Shown piece by piece: positions 36,801 to 47,526 of a DNA stretch of 64,000 nucleotides. The position numbers were made by a program, and so were the translations under genes. Under the pieces are notes generated by a model. The model saw nothing but the letters and a program-made list of their open reading frames with translations, had not been told where the DNA came from and searched no databases. Position 1 is the first letter of the stretch, and the number at the start of each line of letters is the position of its first letter. This stretch comes from Antedon mediterranea (taxonomy: Eukaryota > Animalia > Echinodermata): contig NC_092670.1 of the NCBI RefSeq assembly GCF_964355755.1, positions 40,474,388 through 40,538,387 on the forward strand, in the 5' to 3' direction.

Positions 36801-38706
36801 TGTGATATACATATTGATTATAATGGGATATACATATTGATTATAATGTGATATACATATTGATTATAATGTGATATACATATTGATTATAATGTGATAT
36901 ACATATTGATTATAATGTGATATACATATTGATTATAATTTGATATACATATTGATTATAATGTGATATACATATTGATTATAATGTGATATACATATTG
37001 ATTATAATGTGATATACATATTGATTATAATGTGATATACATATTGATTATAATGTGATATACATATTGATTATAATGTGATATACATATTGATTATAAT
37101 GTGATATACATATTGATTATAATGTGATATACATATTGATTATAATGTGATGTACATATTGATTATAATGTGATGTACATATTGATTATAATGTGATGTA
37201 CATATTGATTATAATGTGATGTACATATTGATTATAATGTGATGTACATATTGATTATAATGTGATGTACATATTGATTATAATGTGATGTACATATTGA
37301 TTATAATGTGATATACATATTGATTATATTACCTTTTTTTTTCTAGAATGAAGACCGAGATAAATTGTTGTTATCTGGTTCACCGAAAAAACCCATACAG
37401 TGAGTAAACGGTCTTTGCCAGTAGAGTTCGTTCTTTTTTCGTCATAACAAAAATATTTGAAATAATAAGTATGAAAAGGTTATGTAAAGAGTTCATGACA
37501 GATCGTAATTTTTAAATTTAAAAAAAAAATTATTTTCTTAGCAACACCTATCAGATGTTTACAGCAGATGTCGCACGAACACCTGAATTCATGGCGATGG
37601 AAAACCGAGAACGACTACAGGAAATTGGCCGTAGGTGGCGTGCTCTATCAGCAAACGAGAAAAAGAAATATGAAACGAGAAAAACACAAGCATGGAAGGA
37701 ATATCAAAAACTTCTTGATAAATATATACAGGTGTGTGAAATATTTGCTTTTTTTAATAATGAATAAAATAAAATGTGTGTAATTTAGAGCCCACTTAAA
37801 TTTGGTAAACTTCTACACCAAGATACAAACAGCTGCATACCTGAATGTGTTGAAGATTACAATTTTCAAAAAACAACACTTGGATATTCTTAATTTTAAC
37901 TTGACTTCCTTTTTAGAATAGTTTAATGTACGGCATACTTGACTAGTGATTCTTAAGCTCTGTCTACACTATCAAACTAGTTTGACCAAAAAAGTGCGAT
38001 GCCCAAATATGGTAATGATGATGTCATCGTGGGCACATCAGATTTCATAACGTTTTAGGGTGTAAAAACAATAAATGTTTTTTTGTAGAGTTTGTCTAGT
38101 GAAGACCGCAAGCGATTTAAGGAGCTGATGGCCGTTAAAAATAAAGGCAAGAAGCCTCCTCCAGCATTTCTAAAAAATGTGAGTCATTTGCTGATTGTTT
38201 TTTTTTATTTTAATAGAAATTGGCAGATATTACACATTATTCAGCTCATTTTTCTTTTCTGAAATCTGATATAAAAGAAAAACAAGTATATTCTCATTTA
38301 CAAATGCCTCTCCAACCAATGGGTATGTTAATGAGGTCAACTGTGTGTATGTTAATGAGGTCAACTGTATGTATGTTAATGAGGTCAACTGTATGTATGT
38401 TAATGAGGTCAACTGTATGTATGTTAATGAGGTCAACTGTATGTAAAGAGCAACTTACAGATTCAGTAAAAACAACCTGTGAACAATTTACAATTATTTT
38501 TTTTTCAGTCGGTATCAGAAGATTCAGAGTCAGAATCCGAGTCTGAATCTGGTTCAAGTTCGTCGGGTAGTGAGTCTGGCTCTAGCTCCGACTCGGACTC
38601 AGAGAGCGGGTCAGACAGCAGTTCAAGCAGCGGGTCGGGATCAGGATCTTCATCGGAATCCGGTAGTGGTTCCGAAAGCGGTAGTGGATCCGAATCTGAG
38701 GAGTAG
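24892..38706 (+). CDS. UBTF: Nucleolar transcription factor 1 / upstream binding factor (UBF): N-terminal dimerisation domain + six HMG boxes + Ser/Glu-rich tail, ~776 aa, 19 exons
   Basis: Exons: 24892-24907, 26755-26916, 28803-28871, 30348-30526, 31246-31329, 31792-31950, 32224-32288, 32758-32884, 33040-33150, 33577-33701, 33847-34132, 34483-34638, 35570-35622, 35855-35951, 36417-36527, 37347-37399, 37542-37731, 38089-38178, 38509-38706. Motifs IDWREVAF..C..QW..IRKYKTL, HPEMPKKPMTPFF, LTKDE...RFDGKPDRPP and KPKKPVSALF parallel human UBF. The first three exons are less certain. Confidence 0.92.
26515..26630. repeat. 23-bp minisatellite (tactgggtgtacagtattattat) x5
   Basis: Direct tandem copies. 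Confidence 0.9.
26942..27110. repeat. Degenerate ~20-bp tandem repeat (atatttagttgggaaaaaaa)
   Basis: About 8 copies with variable A-run length. Confidence 0.8.
27394..27620. mobile_element. MITE family A copy with internal 21-bp repeats
   Basis: taa|agctctgtctac ... gtttgatagtgtagaaagagct|tta. Confidence 0.8.
28886..29266. repeat. 30-bp minisatellite (aacatttacagttaagatcaggtgcatgca) ~12 copies, with a recurring 32-bp variant
   Basis: Starts 15 nt after the UBTF exon 3 donor. The tgcatccattaac variant occurs at ~28888, 29099 and 29221. Confidence 0.95.
29640..29993. mobile_element. MITE family A remnant whose internal 21-bp unit (ccaaatatggtagtgctatgc) expanded to 13 copies
   Basis: The array 29651-29923 is followed by the MITE-A right arm (gggcacatcac...atagcgtagacagcgcttaa). 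Confidence 0.85.
32310..32480. mobile_element. MITE family A copy with four 21-bp units
   Basis: cactatcaaactagtttgac...(ccaaatatggtagtgacatac)n...gtgtagacagagct|tta. Further partial ends occur at 32559, 33770-33801, 37956 and 43580-43602. Confidence 0.8.
34760..35095. repeat. ~66-bp imperfect tandem repeat, with a related single copy at ~17665-17740
   Basis: ttgtatctccattgagatccagccactgatacccacagcattgtcatttttt, about 4-5 copies. Both loci end in tttgcc(t)ttggatt. Confidence 0.7.
36752..37328. repeat. 23-bp minisatellite (gtgatatacatattgattataat) ~25 copies
   Basis: Near-perfect array; a block of gtgatgtaca variants spans ~37146-37295. Confidence 0.95.
38325..38444. repeat. 24-bp minisatellite (tatgttaatgaggtcaactgtatg) x5
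   Basis: Direct tandem copies in the last UBTF intron. Confidence 0.9.
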
Positions 38707-39002
38707 TACTTGAATTCATACTGTTGTGACTGTGAGTCAGGAGAGCTGTAATAACTAGTAGAATCGTTTCATGTTTTTGCAGCTGATACACATTTATGAC
38801 TGCATCACTGCTTCGTTGATGTTGTTTGAATAAATGCCGTACTAATTCAATAATTGTTGATTAATAAATTTAATGTTATTAATGAATTCTTAATTGATAT
38901 ATTAATCGATTGAATCATTTTTTGAACAAGTTATTGATTAATTGTACATGATTGGTTTTTTATTAATTTAATCATTTATGTACATATCTAAATATAAATT
39001 GC

Positions 39003-39446
39003 TAATTGATTCTCATTGATCGATCATTATCAATACATGATTCTAATTGATCTACCATGGTCAATACATTGATTCTCATTGATCTACAATTATCAATACA
39101 TTGATTCTCATTGATCTACCATTATCAATACATTGATTCTAATTGATCTACCATTATCAATACATTGATTCTCATTGATCTACCATTATCAATACATTGA
39201 TTCTCATTGATCTACCATTATCAATACATTGATTCTAATTGATCTATCATTATCAATACATTGATTCTAATTGATCTACCATTATCAATACATTGATCTT
39301 CCATTATCAATACATTGATTCTAATTGATCGATCATTATCAATACATTTATCGATTCACCATAATCAATACATTGATTCTGATCTACCATTATCAATACA
39401 TTGATTCTAATTGATCTACCATTATCAATACATTGATTCTCATTGA
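39003..39446. repeat. 32-bp minisatellite (attgattctcattgatctaccattatcaatac) downstream of the UBTF stop
   Basis: About 13 imperfect copies, probably in the 3' UTR. Confidence 0.9.
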
Positions 39447-42400
39447 TGATCACTTGCTAATACTGTATATTGATTTGAGAACCTGGTTGCAATGTAATCA
39501 TTTCATTGAATTAGCAATGCTTTTGTCAGGAGGTGGTCTAAGATAAGCAATACACTACGTAATATGCTTTTTAACTACATATTTATTTCTTGTTTACCAT
39601 TTGTTGGATCAGCTAATATCCTTTTCTTGTCCATTTTGGTTTAAAATTGTCTTGGTTTAGTCTTTGTGTCTTAAGTTCACTCCACGGTTTAAAGTAGTTT
39701 TGTGGCCTTAACCCTTTTTTTATATCTAGTACTGGCGTAAGTTATATAATAATTTTAAGATATGTAATGTAATTACAGTAGTACAGTACGTGATTGTTTT
39801 TTTTTTTTAATACAAGAAATCATTGTTACAGGTCATTTGATTTAAATTTACCTTCTTGTCCGTTGCTAAACAAAATATTTTCACATGAAAATTAAGTTTG
39901 TCTACCAAAACACACATGCTGATGCAATACATAGCAAGAAAACTGTTCACGTTCATGATGTAAATAATATAAATTAAATCTTAATTATGTTTTACTCCAT
40001 TTAAACAGTTCACAATATTTATTCAGATTATGATGGTTTTAGTTTTTTTGGTATTTTTTGGCTGGTTTAAGTCAAACTTAAACTAATTAAATATATTGAA
40101 TTAATTAAATTGAAAAAACTTTGCGAGTTAATATGATCTTGTATATGACCAAATTGTTGCTTAGGGTTAGGTAAAATTATCCATTCGGTGAGAGTTTTAT
40201 TAATGAAGATGTTTAAACAATTTGTGAGAATGACATCAGAAAAAGATGCCACTGCCCACGTTTATAAAATGCCTTGTGATTTGTCACTGACTAGTGAGAG
40301 AAAAGTGTGATTGGCTGTTGAAGTTTAGAATGCTCCTCCCATGGTTATTGTGATTTGTCAAAAAGTAATGGTGAAAAGTGTGTGACTTAAGCTCCTCCCA
40401 TATTTTGAAATATGGCTGGCGATTAGAAAGATTAAACATGTGCGAGTGACCAATTAGGTGTAGGTATCTCCCATTTATTTATAAATATGGCTTGTGATTG
40501 GTGAGATAATTCTGACAGTGTGCGCGTGTAATATTTGAACCAGATGAATTGCTTGTAAATAAGTAGTGCATTGTTGAAATAACAAACGATAAACCGTTTT
40601 CATGTGATGCTGTATATAAAAAAAATCTCGTTAATTTGGTATGTTTTTTGTGTTAGCAAATGACCAAGTGTATAAGCCCCATGTTTCTGATTTGTTTTAA
40701 AACAAGTCCACGTCATTATGGGCTTATTCTAGATCAATGTAAAGCCCGGCGCACTATGACGTAACGTAGCAACAACAAGTAATTTGACCAATAAGCGAGA
40801 GTTCGGATGATCCGTCGCTTGTGATTGGTCAAATGGGTTTGCATTGCGTCCTAGTGGTAACCAAGCGTAATGAACATCCGAACTCTCACTTATTGGTCAA
40901 ATTAATTAGGTTAGTGCTACGTTACGTCCTAGTGCCAACCAGGCTTTATAGATTCACAAGAGTAGTAGCAATGTTGAATTTTACACAGTTAGAAAAAAGT
41001 TCAATTGTAAAATGATACTTGTATTTTGTGATTTACAGTTATCTGTAAATAAAGTTGTTTTACAAACTGCATTTTATTCCTAAAATAACATCATTCATTC
41101 AATGAGTCGTTTTTATTTAAAAGTTGTTGCTAAAAACTTTTTTTTAATGTATATTTTGTAAATTATGTAACTCCACCAGGTTGGTGTAATGTTTAAAGAC
41201 GTGCTCTTCGTCTAGTTTCATTCAATTGTTACCTTTTGATATTGAGTTGTGTTACGGAATAATTTCGTAACGTATTTTGACGTCACATCGACGATCGATT
41301 TTGGTGAATCGAACCGAAAGTGAACACCGTGTCGATTGTAAAAATAAAATATCTTGCACGTGACAAATGAGTAAACGTAAAAGAACCCTTAATGTTGTGT
41401 ATCCTAGATTTGAATTAAATTAAAGCGTGGTTCTCACTATGACGTAATGCCACAAGCGCAAGCAATTTGACCAATCACAAGCAGTTCTGATAGTCCTTCG
41501 CTTTTGATGGGTTAAATTGCCTGTGTAACGTGTACTTGCGACTCGTAAGAGCAACGCATGCTAGTTAACCATCAGAAGCGACATTTCCGAGATCCATCGC
41601 GTCGTGATTGGTTAAATTATTTGCGTTCTGCGCTTACATTTGGTCATAGTTGGAACCAAGCATTAAAGAAAACGCCTCGAGGTCGTTGTTTTGGGCAAGG
41701 AAAGAATGAAATTTCACTTTTCCTTGGTCTTAGACAAAGTGCTAATATTGATATCACCTGTTGTCGACACAGTTGAATGAATAAATTTTATTTAATAAAT
41801 AAAAAAACCTCGGCATTGAGGTATAAATCTTCTTTTCCGTATAGTCCCCGAGAAGGGTAATCACATTCCCCAGACTACTGACATGCGGCACTCAAGTTCA
41901 AACATCTCTCGTTACCAACTGTAATATTCATAACTTAAAAATGCATCCTGGACAGAAATTTTAATGTGTGCAAAAAAGTAGCAATTTGCTTAGTTCTTAT
42001 ATTGTTATTGTTTATATCTGAAAGGTCATGAACAATAACATCGTTGTAATTATTGCTCTATATAATCATGACTTTCACTTTGTACTTTGCTTTGACTTTG
42101 GTTGTTTCTCGGTTTTGGTTATTTTTCAACTCGGCGACGAATTTATTGGCGCGAATTGAAAGCATTGACTAGTGCACGTGCGTGTTAATTATCCTTGTCT
42201 CTAGATGGGTTTTTTTCTGCTTTTTGTGTGCGCAAGTGCGCAAACAATCACAACTCATGTATGTTCGATTCGCGTGAATTCGCTCCTAATAGAAAGCAGG
42301 CTCTTCCTGTCATTATAATGCTAATAGCTTCCGGTGGCAAAAGTAAACTTCGTATAAGCATAATATCTCTATGGTATAAGGAAAGTACCGTAATATATTT

Positions 42401-43750
42401 TATATAACTGTATAACAATACATACATAATACAAGGCAATGTTGTTAGATTGCCCATCTTAATATCACGTATAGCAAGGCAATGTTGTTAGATTGCCCAT
42501 CTTAATATCACTTATAGCATGCAAGGCAATGTAATAGTTTGTATTGGCTTACTGTAGGCCTAGTGGCCAGAAACTTTTATTTGTTTGTTAACTGCTAGAA
42601 TTTCCTTGTTTTGACATTTTGCTGAATTGGATACAGTTCTCATAATTCAGAATAAAAACGTTGAGTTACTTGAACTCCTTTTTGACCCAACACAAATTGT
42701 ATTAGTAATGTATCGTTAGTTTTACTGTATTAATTTTATTTTATTGTTTAGTTTAACTTAATATTCCATTACTAAAAATACTATTTCTATATTTCTATAT
42801 ATTCTATTTCTAAATATTTTGGAAATTCCTACTACAGTAGGCCTATCACATGATTAGGATGTTTACTATAAAATTGAGTTTACTTAGGTCTCCGCGCAGT
42901 CAGATCACCTGCGCATGCTCCATAGAAAATACATTTTGGAGGCTTTATCCATTTGTTGGTCAATTGTCTTTTTATTTGGCATTAGTTTCGGTAAAAAGGT
43001 AAGGTAAGGCCTCTTGATGATTATGCTACTAATTAAGTATTATGTTGTGTGTAGTCAATGCATTCTAAATCCTTAAGGCGTTATCATTCTTAAATCGTGT
43101 CTACGGGGAAACTTCAGGCTTTATTCAAAGGTCGTGGCTAATGTAGCAAAGAAGATAGGAATTTGAAGGGAAATTTCGGGGATTTTTTGGAGGACGGTTT
43201 TCTTAGAATATTTGTTACCTAATATTATGTTCTCATTGTTATCTGATGCCGACGCATCTTTCATTTAGTGAGCGCCGCGGCGACATCGCTTAGACGACGA
43301 GTAGCAAATTTGAGTTTTTTTTTTATGAATTGAAATTGAAATGACACGATAAGTATGAAACGCCATGTGTGTCAAAATATATGTTTACCAATGTCGAGAT
43401 GCGCCAGATTATTGTCTCCTTTACGGCCCATTTACACTAGGACGATAAATAGATAAACATATAGGCCTACTTTTCTTACATAAAACAAAATAAATTATAG
43501 TTTTCATTCTAGAACTATAGGTTTTGTGTTTAATTTGTTAATTTGTATTACGTTGTAAAACGTATCTTTTGATATTTGTCTGATAGTAGTGTGGACAGAG
43601 CTTAAGTAGTGGTTTTAATCATCTTCATAGAGCTTGCTTGCTTACCTCATAACCAATTAATGTAATGTTTTTATTTTAGAAGTCGGGATTTCCATTTCTC
43701 GCTTGAGTTGATATGACGTTTACTCTCAAGTAAAGTCGTCGATCTCTTTA

Positions 43751-44596
43751 ATGATGGCTGAGTATTTAAATACAGGTATAATTACCTTTCTGTTACTTAT
43801 CTTAACGGCGCTAAATAAATCTGAAAATGAAACAGTTTATTTTTGTCCGTCGTCATCCAGTGTTGTGACCAAGCCCCCGGACTGCTTAAACAGCAATACA
43901 CGACTGATATACTGGGAAAAGCGCTCTGATGGTAGGCCTACCGCCGTTATTGCTTCGTACAACTTCAAAACAGACGTTAAATACATAAAACCAAACTATA
44001 ACATTTCTTCTGAGGATCTTTCTCTGATTTTGAAAAACCCATCAGCTTCTGAAGACACGTATAACTCGCGTTGCCAATACAACAACGGTATGCATTCTAA
44101 TGGACAATCTGTAACCTTACAAGAGTACAAATACATTGAACTAATCGGCATCGAAATTTTATCAAAAAATAACACTAAGTGTAATAATACGAGAAAATGT
44201 AATATTTCTCGAGAAGACTCAGAAGTTGTGTTGAAGTGTTCAATTAGAAGTGTTGATGTTCCTTATTTGGACAAATTGGAGTTTTATTGGAACGCAACAC
44301 GTCGTGATGATGATACGCCCACTGAGGTAGAATGGGGAGGAGAGAGGGTCACTCAGAATGGTGACATTGTAGGCCTATCCTCAACTGTCACATTAGACAT
44401 TGATACGTACACAGACATTACAGTAATGTGTATAATACATGGGCCTGCATTGTGTGGTTCATTGTTGACAGCGAGGGTCGATATAAAGGTTGTATCACCA
44501 CACCAGCACCATCCTAATAATGCTAACTCTTTATTAAGTTCATCTATTTACTTAACCTTTTTAACTGTAGGCCTATGTCTACTACTTCTTAAATGA
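43751..44596 (+). CDS. Secreted/cell-surface protein with two Ig-like domains and a C-terminal hydrophobic tail (probable GPI anchor), 281 aa, single coding exon
   Basis: N-terminal signal peptide (IITFLLLILTAL). Ig-like motifs: LIYWEK...DLSLILKNPSASEDTYNSRC and VVLKCSI...FYWNA...LSSTVTL...VMCIIHG. Several NxS/T sites. The terminal hydrophobic stretch has no cytoplasmic tail. A splice acceptor at 43678-43679 implies an upstream UTR exon. Confidence 0.8.
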   Translation: MMAEYLNTGIITFLLLILTALNKSENETVYFCPSSSSVVTKPPDCLNSNTRLIYWEKRSDGRPTAVIASYNFKTDVKYIKPNYNISSEDLSLILKNPSASEDTYNSRCQYNNGMHSNGQSVTLQEYKYIELIGIEILSKNNTKCNNTRKCNISREDSEVVLKCSIRSVDVPYLDKLEFYWNATRRDDDTPTEVEWGGERVTQNGDIVGLSSTVTLDIDTYTDITVMCIIHGPALCGSLLTARVDIKVVSPHQHHPNNANSLLSSSIYLTFLTVGLCLLLLK

Positions 44597-44608
44597 TAAT
44601 TAATGTAA

Positions 44609-44770
44609 GGTTGTGGTGCTGGAGAGGTGGGGGTTGTGGTGCTGGAGAGGTTGGGTGGTTGTGGTGCTGGAGAGGTTGGGTGGTTGTGGTGCTGGAGAGG
44701 TTGGGTGGTTGTGGTGCTGGAGAGGTTGGGCGGTTATTTGGTGCTGGAGGGGGTGGGGCGGTTGTGGTGG
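44609..44770 (+). repeat. G-rich 25-bp tandem repeat (ggttgtggtgctggagaggttgggt) ~5-6 copies
   Basis: Begins 12 nt after the Ig-protein stop codon. Confidence 0.9.
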
Positions 44771-44989
44771 TGTTGATTGAAGTGGTGGGGATATCTTGGT
44801 GTTTGGCAGTGGCTATGTTTAGCACTGTTTAGGCTCTTACCACAAACTTACTTCCCTACTCCTCCACCACTGCTGTAAGCCTTGCTAATCAATATATTGC
44901 CAAATTTAACATGTATTTTTAACAAACTATATATTTACATATCTCTTTATTGTTAAATGTAAAATAATAATACATTGCTCAACTTATTT

Positions 44990-45127
44990 GAGAAAACCAC
45001 CAAATAAAACGCTTTCGAGAGGCAAGCCACGATTCAACGTTTTGATCTTTATTTATCTCCATTCCTGATGATGATCAAATAAAGATTTAAACGTTGAATC
45101 ATTGCCTCTCGTTGTTTGGAGTTTTTA
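44990..45127. mobile_element. Imperfect palindrome, probable foldback/MITE remnant
   Basis: gagaggcaa...gattcaacgttttgatctttattt pairs with aaataaagatttaaacgttgaatc.ttgcctctc. Confidence 0.5.
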
Positions 45128-47204
45128 TCAGTGCATCTGTTGGTTTTTAAAATATCGTTTGTCTAGATTTGGCCTTGTAGGCCTACACATGAAATATAAA
45201 GTAATTAATGTGTAGGAACAATTATATGAAGCATTTAATTACGAATGAATAATTTGTTTTCGCTCTACAAAAAGGCGTTTCTTCTATAAAACGATTATTG
45301 AAATCATATGTATTTGTTGTAAAATCCAAAAAAGTTAAAAATAATGTACAGTATTCACCGATCAGAGACGCACTGATTCCAAAAGGGCGCCCTCATTTTG
45401 TCGTTTGTCTTCCAATAGGGAAACATACATAGTAATCATTTTAATACATTATTACAGTAATAAATGTTATAACGAGATTATGCTATATGTTGATGGTGCT
45501 ATAGTAATATTATATTTATTAATTTATTTTATTAATTTCTTTTTATTTTAACAATTGTTGCTGACTTGCTGTGCAAGGTAGGCCCTACATGGGTTGAATT
45601 TATAATATTATAATAGGCATGTATATATATTTGTAATAATTTCCTTATTATTTATATTAAATACATTTTTGAATTATTAATAATTGATTTAATTATGTTT
45701 CTTCTAATGTTTGTTCTAAATGTACCTATAAGTACTCTCTATGTTATAAGTACTCTCTATGTTACCAAAGATACTATCTTTGCTATTAATATCATGGGCT
45801 TTGTTACTAAATTATAGTGCGCCGCCTATAGCTCTTACATTTTCAATATTATGGACCTGCCCGCGCCCAATTAAATCGGATTTCCGCTCGCGCGCGTCGT
45901 CACGTGCACGTACTTCCTTTCGTCACGTCTAGCAACGACACTGCGCGCATTTCCGTTTTTTTATTGGAAAGAATACACTAGTTGTTGATAGTTGTTTTCT
46001 ATATCATAACGTAATTTAATAGGCCTTTTAAATGATGTTATTTTTATTGTATTAAAAGAGGAAATTTTACAGTAACCAATACTCTCTAATGGATTGCTTA
46101 GTTGAAAAAAGTATTGAAAAGACACAACACTTAATTAACGAGGAGTTAAACATTTGGCCACTGACCTGCTCAATGTACTTTAGTCGTTACACACCCATTA
46201 TGATCAACCGGACGCATGCTATTAAAACGCTTCTGGAAAATGTAGCCTACAACATCCAATGTGACACAAAAATGTGCATCTTTTCGTGATCGGAAATTCA
46301 TGGTTGACATTTCCAATAATATAATGTCAGAAGTAGTACCTCTGATTTCAATACGTACATTTAATTGCAATGATCAACCATGCTACGAATTTAAATGCAC
46401 GAATTGCACGATAACATAAAATGGTGGGTTTTAATTCTGGCCATTTTGATTTTAGTTTTTATTTAACAGTAGGCCAACCTAGCTCCATCATGGCATTAAT
46501 ATTTATTATCATTCATATGTGCTACTGCAACCTTCATCTTTTCAGTATTTTTATAAAGAATTTCATTCAATGCAGTATTTTTCGATCGATCTAGTTTGTT
46601 ATTGAGTAAGTATCTCGGTTAATATACAAATGTACAGAATATACATAATGTATATAAATAAAACGACGTCACAGAGTTACGCCGGTAATAATATTATTGC
46701 AGAATATGTTGATTGGCTTTACTCCCTCTCTCCATGAGCGGCGTGATATTGAATGAAAATATTGCAATATGCGCATGAATTTCATACTTAATTGTACTAT
46801 GTTAGTCAATTAAACATTTATAATTAAACATTACGTCATAATGTTGTATGACATTCAATAGAAAGGTGGTGAAATGTACCCCCTCTCTCCTCAAACCGGT
46901 GCCGCGTATTGAATAAGTATGTACAATTATTGGAACAGCCAATTTATTAAATCCCAAGCAGTTCCTCACAGCTGACAGGTCATTCGCCCTTTTTAGCACG
47001 TACTCAAACTTTGAGTTCAGCCCGTATATTTGGTTAAAAAATGCATTTGCTTCTTAGCCAGAATGGGTGATTGCCTTATATTCATTTTTGTGATCAAATC
47101 AGCTATAGAAATATATTAGTTTTAATTAGAATTGGCCTCAAATTTTGACACGAGTAATAGCTAAATAAAACCTAAATCATAACAAAGAAACATGTGACCG
47201 CTGT

Positions 47205-47295
47205 AAATACTTCCTGTTTTTATCGTGACTGTCAGTCATTTCACCGTCATCCAATCACAGCAAAGTGTGTGTAGGAATCGGTCCAATAGGAACGC
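47205..47295 (+). promoter_or_regulatory. Proximal promoter of the ZNF395-like gene: paired CCAAT boxes and an ETS-like acttcctg
   Basis: ccaatcac at 47251 and ccaatagg at 47283 (32-bp spacing, typical of NF-Y sites), ~250 bp before the ATG. Confidence 0.4.
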
Positions 47296-47526
47296 TAATT
47301 GATAGTACATCGCTTACTTTGCTCCGCCTACTGCAAAATGAAAACAAACACACGATTGGATTTTACCGGCGAAGTCGCGGCTTGTTGTCAAGCAAAAATA
47401 GGATAATTTGAATCGAGTACAGGGGAGTAGAAGCTGTACTTTGATTTAGAAATACCATATTGTATTTATCACGCTTTTGGCTTTGTAGAAATAGGACTAA
47501 TTTGTTGAGGGAGTGTGAGGTGAAAT

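Noticed and set aside
44589-44832. Pro/Gly-rich ORFs on both strands
   Set aside because: They are translations of the 25-bp G-rich repeat, whose unit length is not a multiple of three.
46089-46289. 66-aa ATG ORF between the Ig-like and ZNF395-like genes
   Set aside because: It has no recognisable motif or splice support, and its length is within chance expectation.
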